NCBI GenBank assembly: GCA_951406725.2
Contig: OX597816.1
Span: 98,828,001-98,892,000, forward strand
Reading direction: 5' to 3'
Source: Octopus vulgaris
Taxonomy: Eukaryota
Length of the DNA: 64,000 nt
Shown here piece after piece: positions 25,251 to 38,570 of this stretch (the stretch's first letter is position 1; each line of letters opens with the position of its first letter). A program made the position numbers and the translations under genes. Below the pieces are notes generated by a model. That model did no database searches. It saw only the letters and a list, made by a program, of their open reading frames with translations, and had not been told where the DNA came from.

Positions 25251-25947
25251 CCTAGTAATGGTTTTCTTTAAAGTGACTCCATAGAATATTTGATACAAGA
25301 TACAATGCTACAACTTTTATTCATGTAGTATGTTATATAGGATACAAATTATGAACAAAATATATCACATACAAGCCGACTACTATAATACAACGTTGCA
25401 AAAAAAATACAGTCGCAAATGTCTAGACATCCATCACAAAAACTTATGTACAGTGATAAAAACTAAGTAGTAGATAAATGAATATAGAACATCTCATACC
25501 CTAAAACCAAGTACAAATATGTTGTAATGATACGTATTATTTTAGAAATAGATATTTCGTTGTGTGTGAAGATTTTTTTAAAATATACTTTCTGTTACAT
25601 TAATACTGTTACTGCTTATTATATTGCACGTTTTAATAATATTTCTTTGAGAATTGACACGTGCTAAGCTACAATATATTACATAACACACCAACTAAAC
25701 TTGTACCTACCTTATAACGGGAAGTGTTTTTCAATATATCTTTGTCATCACGCTGAAATGGCATTGATATAAGCGTCTACAAGTTTAGGAGTCAGATATT
25801 TGACTTTAGCTCCTAAATTTGCTCATTGGATATTGTCATAGGACTTAAAGAACATCAACAATCGATCATCATATATTTGCTATCGATTTTATTCAAATAC
25901 AAGTGTTACATCAGCAATGAAATTATTAGGGAATTTCCATTTTTACT

Positions 25948-26016
<69 letters not shown>

Positions 26017-26036
26017 CATATGTATTTATATACATA

Positions 26037-26068
<32 letters not shown>

Positions 26069-26235
26069 CAACTTATAACAGAGGGAAAACGAAAAAAATT
26101 CTAATGCCAAATATGCCGAAAATTGGACATATTGTCCATTTACCATATCATTTTTTACCCAGTACGCATGCTACTCGAAAAAAGGTCGACAGAAATCTCT
26201 AAAAAATTCCATTATTACCATATCGGACCGATTTT

Positions 26236-26359
26236 AGGGTTAGTTAAAAAAGAACCCTCCCTTCGTCAGTGATACATGTGGTATGAGTAAGTATCTCATT
26301 TACTTCTTTGCCACATGCATCACTGACGAAGGAGGTGGGGGTCTTTTTGAACTAACCCT
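26236..26359. repeat. Imperfect ~125-bp hairpin (MITE core)
   Basis: agggttagtt..ccttcgtcagtgatacatgtgg pairs with ccacatgcatcactgacgaagg..aactaaccct. Confidence 0.75.
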
Positions 26360-26475
26360 GGAAAATTTATTTCGTTTGCCGTTATTTATAAGTTGTTTAT
26401 AATTTAACCTTTAAAGGTATTTTTAATATGCTGGCCATTGATAAATTTTTTTTCGAAAAAATTTTATCCTACATT

Positions 26476-26534
<59 letters not shown>

Positions 26535-26535
<1 letters not shown>

Positions 26536-26706
26536 TTTATTTTAAGCAGCAGAAAATTCAACAAAATCTGTTACTCTGAGTTTCTCGTTGCCTCAGAGTA
26601 ACAGATTTTGTTGAATTTTCTGCTGCTTAAAATAAAGCATATTACTCTACCACTGGTATTTGGGTACTCTTTTTTCCACCTTGTTTCACATTTATGTGTT
26701 TACTCC

Positions 26707-26710
<4 letters not shown>
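26535..26710. mobile_element. Fold-back insertion in (TA)n with perfect 46-bp inverted repeat
   Basis: Arms 26535-26580 and 26592-26637 with an 11-nt loop; both flanks are (TA)n. Confidence 0.8.
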
Positions 26711-26763
<53 letters not shown>

Positions 26764-26899
26764 AGGTTTGGAGATGATGTACAGGTGTTATATATTAGAA
26801 GAAATGAGGTAATCAGATCGGATGGTTCATATTTATAGATATTTATTTATATATTACATTTTTTACATATATATCATATTATTCAGATCATATCATTCG

Positions 26900-26938
26900 G
26901 ATTAGCGCTTTCTCCCAATCGAGTGGGCTTTTCAAATC
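26900..26938 (-). ncRNA. Variant type I hammerhead motif in a short (TA)n-embedded repeat (26759-26942)
   Basis: GAU-UUGAAAA-G-CCCA(cucgau)UGGG-A-GAA-AGCGCU-A-AUC: palindromic stem III, U3/A8 in place of C3/G8, mismatch at the base of stem II. Confidence 0.55.
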
Positions 26939-27384
26939 AAATATATATATATACATCGATGATGAATGCAGACGTATGGTGGGTATTTAAAGGTAAACTT
27001 CCAAAGTAATTTTATGTAAATATGTTTGATATTAAATCTACTTATAGCTAATGAAAGTAAACAGCGGCCCACCAATTTAAATTTGCCTCCCACATATTGA
27101 TACAATCACTTTCTTACCCAGATATATAGCTGGAATTCAATGTGAAAACAATCATTTTTCGCTATCTGACACGCTGTAGGTGGAACTAGATAGATGGGAA
27201 CTGAGGCAAGTCTAGTAGTATACGTACAGTCGTGTATGTGTTTGTACGTTTGTGCGTGCGTCTGTGTTTTAGTGGGTTTGTATGAAATACGGCACTACAA
27301 ATTAGGAAATTTTGAAAACATCACAATAAAATACGTGCATTTCTTCTATAAATGCTTATCTGTATTTATTGTTTATTATTCTTA

Positions 27385-27605
27385 TTACTTTATTGCCCAC
27401 AAGGGGCTAAACATAGAGGGGACAAACAAAGGTATTAAGTTGATTTCATCGAGCGCAGTATGTAACTGGTACGTAATTTATCGACCCCGAAAGGATAAAA
27501 GGCAAAATCGACCTCGGCGGAATTTGAACTCAGAACGTAACGGCAGACGAAACACCGCTAAGCATTTTGCCCGGCGTGCTAATGTTTCTGCCAGGTCGCC
27601 GCCTT
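27385..27605 (-). mobile_element. SINE family 3
   Basis: High similarity to 10490-10720. Confidence 0.85.
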
Positions 27606-28975
27606 AATTATTCTGTTTATTATTCTGTTACTCATCCATAAAAAGGTATATGTATTTACCTGTGTATAAAGTTTCTGTTGTTTTATTCTTTTGGTGGACT
27701 GATCTAGGATTGAACCAATAACATCAATTCGGATACTATGAAACTCTCGCCTAATGAAAACTGTGCACTCTTCATAAAACGCTGCTCATATTCCATAAAT
27801 TTTAAGGTTGTGTTTTCAGAGGATGTTCACAAATAATTAATTAATTAAACGGAATTTTCTTCGTGGTGTCTCAAGAGATATTAAGTTGAAAAAACAAGTC
27901 AACAATTAATTTAGAGAGTGATGGAAATTTTTATATTTGTTACTGATTAAGATGACATGAACTTAGGATTTATTGTTTCATGTACGAAGATCTAGCTTTG
28001 GAATCTTCACATTAATCGTATTATCTGATTTCATTATCTATAAATTTATACTTCATGAATATTGCCACGTTTTCTTTTTTTCTTTCTTTTTTTTTTTGTA
28101 AGAATATAATAAAGCTTCTTTTTAGGCGACTCATTTCACTGTTTCACAGAGATAAACACTGTTGCTCTTCATTTGTTGACCGGATCACTTAACTTACACT
28201 TTCACATGTGAAATATATAACAGTATGCGAATCCCGTATAAAATATTTCCTATCAAGTGCATATTGCTACATGAAATGTATCGACTGTGATGTAGTATTT
28301 CATTAAATCATTTTTCATCTCGAATGGAGAGTTCAAAACATTTATAGTGTACCACCTAACGCTGGGTATAGTAATCGCACAGAAGCATATAGGGAAATGG
28401 TATGAGGATATGAAGTGGTTGACAAATGCATAGTTATGCGATGACAGTGTTTTTACATATTAGCTTTTATGGACTACTAATAGTGCATGTGTTACTTGGC
28501 AGCAGAAATTTGTTAAACTACACCAATACATAAGTGTACATGTTTGTGTATCATCGACTTACTGTCAGTACGTTGCCACTGATATGGCTTTCTCAATTTG
28601 GTAATATTTGACCTGCTTCCCCTAAATTACTACAAAGACTTTCGATATCTTTCAAACAATACGGATTCCAATATCCGCATTCTTCTCTTAAATTACAACA
28701 AATATATGATAAATATGAAGGAAGTAATTTCTTCAGATGTAACACTCAACCTAAAGACTGGAAATACTATCCTCTTACACTAAATCCAACGAACAAACGA
28801 ACAACTATTATTACTACGACTATTATCATCACCACTACTATGATATACTTATATATGTGTGTGTGTGTGTGTGAGCGTGCGTATATGTGTGTGCGCGCGC
28901 ATGTATATGTATATGCACAGCTATGCACATAGATAAGATGAACAGACAGACAGAAAGACAGATAGATAGATAAAA

Positions 28976-29120
28976 CGGCATGGCTATGGGTAAGAATTTT
29001 GCCTTCAGCCACGCGGCTCAGAGTTCAGTCCCACTACGTTGCATCCAAGGCAAATGTCTTCTACTGTAGCTCCTGACCTACCAAAGATCTGTAAGTGAAA
29101 ATTTGATAGAATGCCATTGT
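28976..29120 (+). mobile_element. SINE family 2, 5' half
   Basis: tggctatgggtaag...gagttcagtccc head similar to 8829. Confidence 0.7.
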
Positions 29121-30201
29121 ATATATGTTTATATGTATGTAAATTAATTTTGACTTCAGCAGAATATTGAAAGTGAGATACTATTCATTCTTGTACAATC
29201 GTTAATCAACTATTCTCAGACATTGTAGAATGTAATGAAAGAAGGGGGAAAGAAATGAAGCCTGAACTAAGAAAAAAAGTAGGAAAACCAAATTTATTAA
29301 AGCGATTCGTTCGATGTTCGAACAAATTTTGCTAATCCAACAAATAAATATAAAGTTGAATTATATATGATATATAACTGATATTATTTTGTAAATGTCT
29401 GAGATAATGTGAACAACTATTCCGCAACGGAAATTGTTTGTTTGAGAAGTTAAATATAGGCTGATGGATGGTTTCACTTTAAACCCGTTGGTGAAAGTGA
29501 TGTGTTCCCGTACTATATCATCAATGAATCAAAGGTTTGCAATACATTTCCTTTATATTTATAATCATCGTCATAGAAGTACACTAAATATCGTTTGATG
29601 TATTTCAGTGGCACGTGATTTCAAGCGTATTAGCAATTTTTGATATTAAAATATAAATATATTAAATTGAGAAACATTAGAAATCAACTACTGTCATTTA
29701 ATTATCTGGAACCAATCGTTGTTTATGACTGATTGATATTACGTGAGAACCTGACCTTTACTTTGTTAACGACATTAGAACATTAATATTCCTTAACAAT
29801 GCTAATCATGTTTTTCTTCCTACTAATGACATAATTAATTTTTTTAATTATTTAAATGGCGGTAGAACTGAAACCATGAATCTATAGAAACAAATTCAAA
29901 CGTCGGTGTTCGTAGCAGTCGTTCATTTAAAGATTACTCGAAGTAGATCGATGTAGGAAGAGTATAATACATAGAATGATTCTGGATAGTCGAAGTTACA
30001 TGAAGGAAGAAGATATAAAATATATTTACTGTGAGACATGTGGGCTGAGAGATACTAAGTGTGATAATATGAACAATATTGGAACAACCAAGAGTGAAGT
30101 AGCATTTGTTTGTTTATTGAAGAAATTGGAGTAGTAACAGTATATGTCACAGGAAGATGAAACGACGCATATATTTGTTACTTATAATATTTTTACACGC
30201 T

Positions 30202-30415
30202 AAGGCGCCGAACTGACACAAACGTTAGCACGCCGGGCGAAATGCTTCGCGGTATTTCGTCTGTTTCTACCTTCTGAATTCAAGTACCGCCGAGGTCGAC
30301 TTTGCCTTTCATCCTTTCTAGATCAATAAATTAAGTACAAGTTACGAACTGGGGTCGATCTAATCGACTGGCCCCTCCCTCAAAATTTCGGGCCTTGTGT
30401 CTGGAGCAGTAAAGA
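30202..30415 (+). mobile_element. SINE family 3 (alternative tail)
   Basis: ggcgccgaactgacacaaacgttagcacgccgggcgaaatg...gactttgcctttcatcctttc. Confidence 0.85.
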
Positions 30416-31714
30416 ATAATTGAACATGAGCACTTTCTAACCAATATAGAAGCAAAATTGATTTCAAATTTTTGAAAATTCTAGAGAGCATGATCATTTG
30501 TTCTGAATCAATCGCAGAGAGATAAGTTAATCCTCCTTGGAGTGAGCATCACACCACAAAATATCATTTGTTGACTACCTGCATGTCTATTAATTTTGGT
30601 ATGCTATATTAAGTACTATAATGAGGTGGATTAGGATACAAAAGTAAGAACTTGATACTTTATTCTTTACAGTTTGTAATTTTTTTAAAGCAAGTCTTAC
30701 GGAATATCCGTAAGTATTTTTTTTTTTTTCTTAATAATCAAAGCCCCCTAATTTTTCTGAGAGTCATTAATATTCGAAGCCATGACATTCCCGGAGATGT
30801 AATAGACGTGAATTAAAAACAACAGCAGAATTTTCTGCAAGCACGTAACCAGGAGATATATCCCCCTTCTACTTTCTACAGTAATTTTGTATAATAATAA
30901 GACAGACGTTTACGATAGTCCAGTGTATCTAGTAAATTTACTTCATGCATTTACGAAAGCAGTGACGTCTGAAAACACATACACACAGTCTGTAGTCAAG
31001 TTTCAGATGACTATGCAAGTATTTCCAAAGCAACATACAGCCCGAGCTCGAGGCTAATCACACTCTTCAAGTGGATTCTCAAGGAATAATCAGACTTCCA
31101 TCTAAATGTGCAGTCTTACATTACACACTCTAATATGTAAAACTGCAAAGATTACGTAAATATTACACGGCACTGTTGCGTCTAATAGCGTTAAAATGGG
31201 AGTGGTACCCAAACAGTTGTAACTGGTGGTCAGTAAAGTAGTTTTCATTTTAATTGTTTCAGTCATCTGATAGCGGCCGTCCTAGCACACTGTCTTCAAT
31301 ATATATATATATATATAAATATATATATATACTATCAGCTAAGCCAGGCTTCACCCAGTCTGTTGGATGATGTGGCTGTAATCATTTTCGGTTAGACATA
31401 ATCTATAACACCGCTTCTCAACCTTATCATTTCGGGTCCCTGTTTCGATTGGAGCCTCCAACTCTATGAACATTTGCTGACTCACCCACCACCGTGTCAG
31501 AAAACAGCTTCAGGTGTTGTGAAGAAAGAATTTGTACGTAGTCTGTTTTTGAGCGCTATTCTATTGGACCTCTGTCTAATCATTAAAACACTGATGTAAT
31601 TATGAACATAGAAAGAAATTATACATTAATCCCTATTTTTGTAAGCAGTTGTATCCGTTAAAATTTTATTTTCAGAGAACAGAAATTGGAAGAAGATATA
31701 TGAAATGCACTTGT

Positions 31715-31730
31715 TTGTGTGTATTTGTGT

Positions 31731-31810
<80 letters not shown>
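31715..31810. repeat. (GT)n microsatellite
   Basis: Directly visible. Confidence 0.95.
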
Positions 31811-31811
<1 letters not shown>

Positions 31812-33151
31812 CTCATCGTATAAAATTTTTACGATAGTTGATTTATGGAAAAGATTATGTTAAACTTTTGAAATGCACATATGTGAATGAAAATTAAGTT
31901 CAGACCTCTACATGGTAGCTAGACCTTGTAGAAGTAGCAGCCAAATCTCTTTCAAAACACCCTACTGTCATACTCCGACAATTCTGCGTATTATGTAATT
32001 TGAATGAGAAACTGTAACTAAAGATTAAGATTATTAACCCCACAAAGGTGGGAAATAAGAGAGACAGCACAGCGAAAGTTTTGGTTGACTGTGATCCTGT
32101 ACTCTATTTGTTGCTAGCGAAATGGTGATTAAGTCGAGAGGGACAGTAAATATTATGACACTTCAAGAAATAGACAAACATCGTATTTTTTTAATGACTT
32201 CTTGAAAAGCTAATTTTGCCTTTCCACATCATAATTACCTGTTTCTAGGTAGTCTTCGTATCAAGTTACTTCCTAAACTGCGAAACTATGTTCAGGAAAC
32301 AAAAATCTAGTCTAGCTGGTTTTATTTTCACAGTTGTTGCTTATAAAAAAGCTGGGAAATACATAATGTTTAATTTTTTTCATTTCTATCCCTTGAATAC
32401 AGAAATTGATATTGGTAGTGTTAGCCAACTATTGATGAATATTTGTGTTCGCAAAATATCAAACAAAATTTGCGTTAGTGGAGAAAATAAAATATTATAA
32501 ACATTTTTTCACCTATTACCTGTTAGCACTGCATGAATCCGCTGTATTTCTGCATTATAGCATTTGGTCGATCATGTCTGGACTTCGATTAGTAGTGGTC
32601 GTAATAAAAATATTACTACAACTGGGAATTATAACTTGTTGACTGGGCTTAACGACACTTCTCGCACAATCATATATTACAGTATCGATTTCTAGCATTT
32701 GGTTCATATAAACACAATTGATTTTTGTAACCTGACATCATAATATTAGTCATGAAAATAATATTCAATACTATTTAATAACCTCAATTTCAACTAGAAC
32801 TTATTTTTTTATGGGTGTTTTATAAACATAAACCTATATTTGTATTAATCGTAAAAACGCATTCTTCTTTTATTATGTAAGATATGTACGCATCTATTAA
32901 CAAAAGTTTTCTTATTCACTTCTAAGTCCGATAACACATACAGTTTTGATTTTGGTTTCTACTCTTGATATCATTGATATCGTGAAAGCTAATCTCCGTT
33001 AGAAATATGTTCATCAGAGTACCGTCCATAATTTTGAAACTGTAAATAGCTCCATCACAAGGCATGTACTCAAATTATTATATCACAGTGTCCTACTTAT
33101 AGAATTGGAGATCCCGATTATGTTGAGTATGACGACGAAGCCGTTGTTGAG

Positions 33152-33216
33152 GTTACTACTACTACTACAACTACTACTAATAATAATAATAACATTAATA
33201 AAGCTAATAATAAAAA

Positions 33217-33285
<69 letters not shown>

Positions 33286-33310
33286 CAGCAGCGGCAACAG
33301 CAGTAATGAC
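33152..33310. repeat. (CTA)n/(TAA)n/(TAG)n compound microsatellite
   Basis: Directly visible; explains the poly-V and poly-L ORFs. Confidence 0.95.
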
Positions 33311-33778
33311 AATGCTACCACTGTTTCTCTCAGTATTGAATACCGGAAAGCCGTGATGATGGAAATCAAATGCACAATTCTTAGCGACAAAACTGACAAA
33401 TCTGGGGTATCATTCCGTACACAACTCCCATGGAGACTTAGATTCTGCAATTCAGGTTAATTTCAAACAAATTCCGTAGACATTAAGCATGAAGGAAATT
33501 ATTTTATTTCACCTATTAACTTCATCTTTCCTGTTTTCATTTATTTTTCATGGCTCATCTATTAAATCATATGAATACCACTTGGAGACATAAATGTTTA
33601 TTAAAAGCTATTAAATGGACGTCTCTATATTAAAAAGCAATAATTTTATCTTAAGTGGGAATATGACGCATTCCGATACAGTTGTAATTTTCACACACAC
33701 ACATGAATATATAGAAAATCACGCATGCACGCACGCTCACATACAAACACAAACACACACATACACACACACACACAC

Positions 33779-33823
<45 letters not shown>

Positions 33824-33826
33824 CAT

Positions 33827-33873
<47 letters not shown>

Positions 33874-34019
33874 CAACACAGTAGAACAGTAATAAAATGT
33901 GTCTCTTTGGTAATTCTATTATATTATTGTTATTAAAAGGCAAAGACTCACAGGAAATGTAAAATATGTATCTGTACTATTCTATTTTATTTATTTTTTT
34001 TACTATTTTAGAGATTGTT

Positions 34020-34235
34020 TAAAATGGAGAGCTAACAAAATCGTTATTTCATCGGGCAAAATGTTTGGTGACATTTCGTCCGACTTAACTTTCTGACTTC
34101 AAATTCTGCCGTGATGAACTTCTTTCATCCCTTTCGGAGTCGATAAAATAAGTACGAGTTGAGCACTGGTATCTATATAATCGACTTATCTTCTTCCCGG
34201 GAATTACTGGTCTTGTGCCAAAGTTTGTAACCAAT
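34020..34235 (+). mobile_element. SINE family 3, degraded
   Basis: Similar to 30202-30415. Confidence 0.7.
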
Positions 34236-34869
34236 GTTATAAATATTATCTAGTATGTCGTGAATAATGAGACGTGATGGCTTATTTACAAGAAGGATTG
34301 CAACGGGATTATTAAAAACCGGATATTATTCAATAAGGATAATGTATTTCCTCAATTAAGATCATTTCAGATCTCTGAGCAGTTTCCTATCTTGTACTGT
34401 TTCCATATTCTAAAATTTCAACCCACTTCTTTCTAGTTGCTATCAAAAAGCGCCTGATATCTCTTTACTATAATTTTTATACTATAGACTACAATACAAA
34501 CTCTATGATGTTTATATGAAGTACACTCTATAACATCTGTACCAAGTACTCGCTTCAAAATGTAATGAAATAGATGTAGCTGCATCTCATACATTACTAA
34601 AGTACCTTTGAATACCAATTATATCATTTTGTATATTTATGTTTGAAATTTGTCTGATGAACGAAATGGAAGTCAATGCATTCTACAAAAAACTAGATGG
34701 TTGTATATGTTCAAGAAATTCAGAGCTGTTCTGACGGGTCTTTTTCTTATCAGAAAAATATAGCAGTGAAACGAAATATGTTAAAAAATTTTCTCAACAT
34801 TATATAGCAATTCTTACACATTCTTATGCACACACACACACACACACATGCCTGAAGGTGTGTATATGA

Positions 34870-34907
<38 letters not shown>

Positions 34908-35087
34908 AACTAGGTTAAAATCATGTAAATTATAATATCAAGTGGCCAACATGCTATAAAACTTTGTGGTTAAATTATACTAAAATAATAATTATATATA
35001 TATAAATTACAAAATTATATAAAGGAACACGAGATTTTTTCCTTTTCCATTATATAACTATATAATTTATATATATAATTGTTATTG

Positions 35088-35136
<49 letters not shown>

Positions 35137-35164
35137 TATGGAATACGCAGTTGGGGCAGTATTT

Positions 35165-35670
35165 CATTTCTTTATTCTTTTACTTGTTTCAGTAATTTGA
35201 CTGCGACCATGCTGCCGCACCGCCTTGAAGTGTTTTAGTCAAACAAATTCACCTCAGGACTTACTTCTAAGCCCAGTAATTATTCTATAGGTCTCTTATG
35301 ACAGGATGCTGCATGGAAAATTTCTTTCCCTCTTCTTTAATTTTTAAGTTATTTTTAACATAGCAAGGCTATGAGAGATGTTATTTCCAAGCAAATATTG
35401 CGGCAACTTGAGTACTGCTAAGTTACAGGGACATAACTAAGTTACAGGGACGTAAAGACACCAACACTGGTTATGAAGCGGTGATGGGGGGAAACCACAG
35501 ACACACACACATATATACATATATACGACTAACCTCTTTCAGTTTTCATCTACCAAATCTACTCACAAAGCTTCGGACGGCTCCACTTGACCAAGGAGCC
35601 ACGTAGTGGGACTTAACCTGGAACCATGTGGTTGGGGATGCAAGCTTCTTTACCACACAAACACGCGCGT
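35165..35670 (-). mobile_element. SINE family 2 interrupted by a ~108-bp insertion (35306-35413)
   Basis: Reverse-complement similarity to 8829-9241 on both sides of the insert. Confidence 0.8.
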
Positions 35671-36579
35671 ACCTATTTAATTAAAATTCCTATACATGTC
35701 TCTCATCATACACTTTAAACAAATCATACCAATTAAGAACACAACAATTCAGCTTTCTTAAAAATGTCACACTCAAGCTGCTGCATTATTTGCTTTGAAA
35801 TAACATCTCTCATAGATTTACTATGTTAAAAACAAATTAAATAAGAAGGAAATAAATTTTCCATGCAGCATTCAGCGAGAGTACAAAACGCATTACTACC
35901 ATTCGTTTTTTTTTTTTTTTTTGTCTTTTTGGCTATTTGACAGGCGTGCAATCACTGACCGATATAGACTGGAACGGGAATACGCCATCTGTGATGCAAG
36001 AAAACGTAAATATATCATCCCCTTATGTTGTGAAGAATCGACCGGCTTGATTAAATATCAAGTATACACAACATTATTTAATGAAAATACCCATCAAACT
36101 CTATCGATAAGTTAGTTACTGCAGCACTTATGCTGAGATAACATCTCTAATGGACTCGCTGTGTTAAAAGCACAATAAAAATCAGAGACGAACATTCGTC
36201 CCACCAGCGGCAGGCGAGAGATCCCAATACATTTCAGCTCCTTTAGGTCATTACAATGACCTGTATTCGCAGCTAGTCACTTACCAGAGAAAACGATTTC
36301 AACGACCGATGCTGGGATGAGTTCTTATCGTTAATACTCATTGTTTGTTTTGCCGTTCGTGTTTTGCTTATTTCTTTTGCACTGATCAATATGAGATATT
36401 ATCCGATGACAAATACTGCAGGAACTGGCCTTTCGACGATTGTGGATAGTATATTTAGTATATTTAGTATAGTATTAAATAGATGTCCATGTATGTATGT
36501 ATGTATGTATGTATGTATTTATGCATGTATGTCTGTATGTATGTATGTCTGTCTGTCTGTTCTATTTTCAATTTTCATA

Positions 36580-38435
36580 AATATTCTACTGAGGAGGGAG
36601 CCGGTTTCCAACAAGAATATAAGGCTCCATTTTGGGGATATAGGTAACACCGACAAATTTACAGTTGGAACATGAGCAAAGTCTTGCATATTTATACAGT
36701 TCTACTCACAGATTGCGTTTGTACTGTACAAATCAGCCGGTCAATTTCTCTTTCTGGAAATCCCAGTTTATCCAGACTCTCCTTTAAGCTTTTACTAACA
36801 AAACATAGTGCACCAGTTATTCGTATGAACATGAATTAATAATCTGGATATAGATACTGGAGGTTTCCAAGCAGTTATCCATAGATATCCTCTTTTTCTT
36901 AAGTAGAGCCTGTCAATATCACTCCTTCTCTGGAAGGCCCCAGTTATCGTCAGGATTTTGAGGGTTTTGTTAACTAAGGAGTGGATTTCCTCTACAGACC
37001 ACTCAGGTATCCCAAATTTTGGGATCAGTACTGGTACTTTAAATGCATTGTGGGATATTGTTTTGCTGGAAGAGGAGAGTTCCGACTGTTATATTTTTCT
37101 AAATCTGGTGTAACATTCTCGGGTCACTCTATTTTTATTCACAGTGCCTTCATATGATATAGTTTCGTCTTTGCCTAAGTGCTTGTAACATTCTTTGTGT
37201 GGAATTGGGGAGATAGAGGGACTATTGCTGCTTATATCAGCTGAAAATGTTGTTTCTAATTCCAGTTGATTTTTGGCATAGTTAACACTTTTACCATAAA
37301 TCCTCAGGTCGTCTACAAAGAAATTATGTGTTACACTGATATTTCTAGCAGTTGAATATCCTAGTATGCAACCATTTATTTTCTGAAGTAGAAACGATAA
37401 TGTATTCAGTGCCAACATGAAAAATAATAGAGAAAGACTATCTCTCGGAATATTCCGTTTCCAATGCTTATACTATCAGAAACAACTTTCAATTGTAAGG
37501 GTAAGAATTGTTCTCCATTTCTTTGTGAATCTCTCTATAGCAGCAATTAATGTAGTAGGTATTTTGCCATATGTAGGCACTTCAACAGCCATGAATGAGG
37601 GATGGACGCAAATCTCTTCTTATAGTCAAGCCATTCTGTCACAAAGTTTCTACGTTGTTTTCTTACTTTAGAAAGTACGGTTTTGCCTATTGAAAGTTGT
37701 TCGGCACATCCCTACACTCCCCTCTTTACACCAGCCTGTTCATCAGTCACAAAGTTGTTCAACTCACAATGGTTCCGAGGAATTGGTTGAGGCACTAGTG
37801 TACAGTTTATGCATAATATTTAGACAAGCAATAGGCCTGTAGTTTCCTACCATCTAGGTGATTTCATTTTATGACAGCAAGATTTGTCCTTGCTGTAGCA
37901 AACCAATTAGGTGTATCAGTGAGGTCTTCCATGGTCCTTTTGAAAATACATGTCAATTGGTTTCTATAAAATGTCAGCTTCTTTTAAAAACATCCAACTA
38001 TTAGATTCCTTTCAGGTGCCTTCCCATTCTGCAGTTTGCCTACTGCTATAGCGAAGGTTTCCGCATCAATTTTGTATATTTTACTGTTAGTGTTGATAGA
38101 GTATTCTCTCTCAATTGTATTTAACCATGATGCATTCAGGTTGAGTTCCCTCTTTTCGTTCCAAAATTTTGACCAGAGTGATTGTAGATTATCTTCGGAG
38201 GGAGCTTTCTTAATGGTAATGTTTCCCTTCCTCATCTCTCTGTATAATGCTTGTGATAGATACTGACTCGTTCAAAAATTCACATGATGATGAAGTTTCT
38301 CGTTCGTCATCATGAGTTCATGTTTTAAAGTCATTAGCTTTCCCTCAGGAACTCGGTGTGAAGAGTTGCCATAAAGTTCCGTTAATTTTTGTTCAAGATA
38401 GATTTGGTGAGGTGTAATCTAGTTTGTCTCCTTAC
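36580..38435 (-). mobile_element. Degraded R4/Dong-like LINE (reverse transcriptase region)
   Basis: Motifs LQNGKAP, NYRPIACLNIMHKLYTS, VTHNFFVDDLRIY and YKHLG...ECYTRFRKI (ORFs 37984..38235 and 37089..37418). Confidence 0.85.
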
Positions 38436-38439
38436 ATGT

Positions 38440-38570
38440 TATGCATGCATGTATGTATGTATGTATGTATGTATGTATGTATGTATGTATGTATGTATGT
38501 ATGTATGTATGTATGTATGTAGGTAGGTAGGTAGGTAGGTAGGTATGTATGTAGGTAGGTATGTATGTAT
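38440..38570. repeat. (ATGT)n/(AGGT)n microsatellite
   Basis: Directly visible. Confidence 0.95.
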
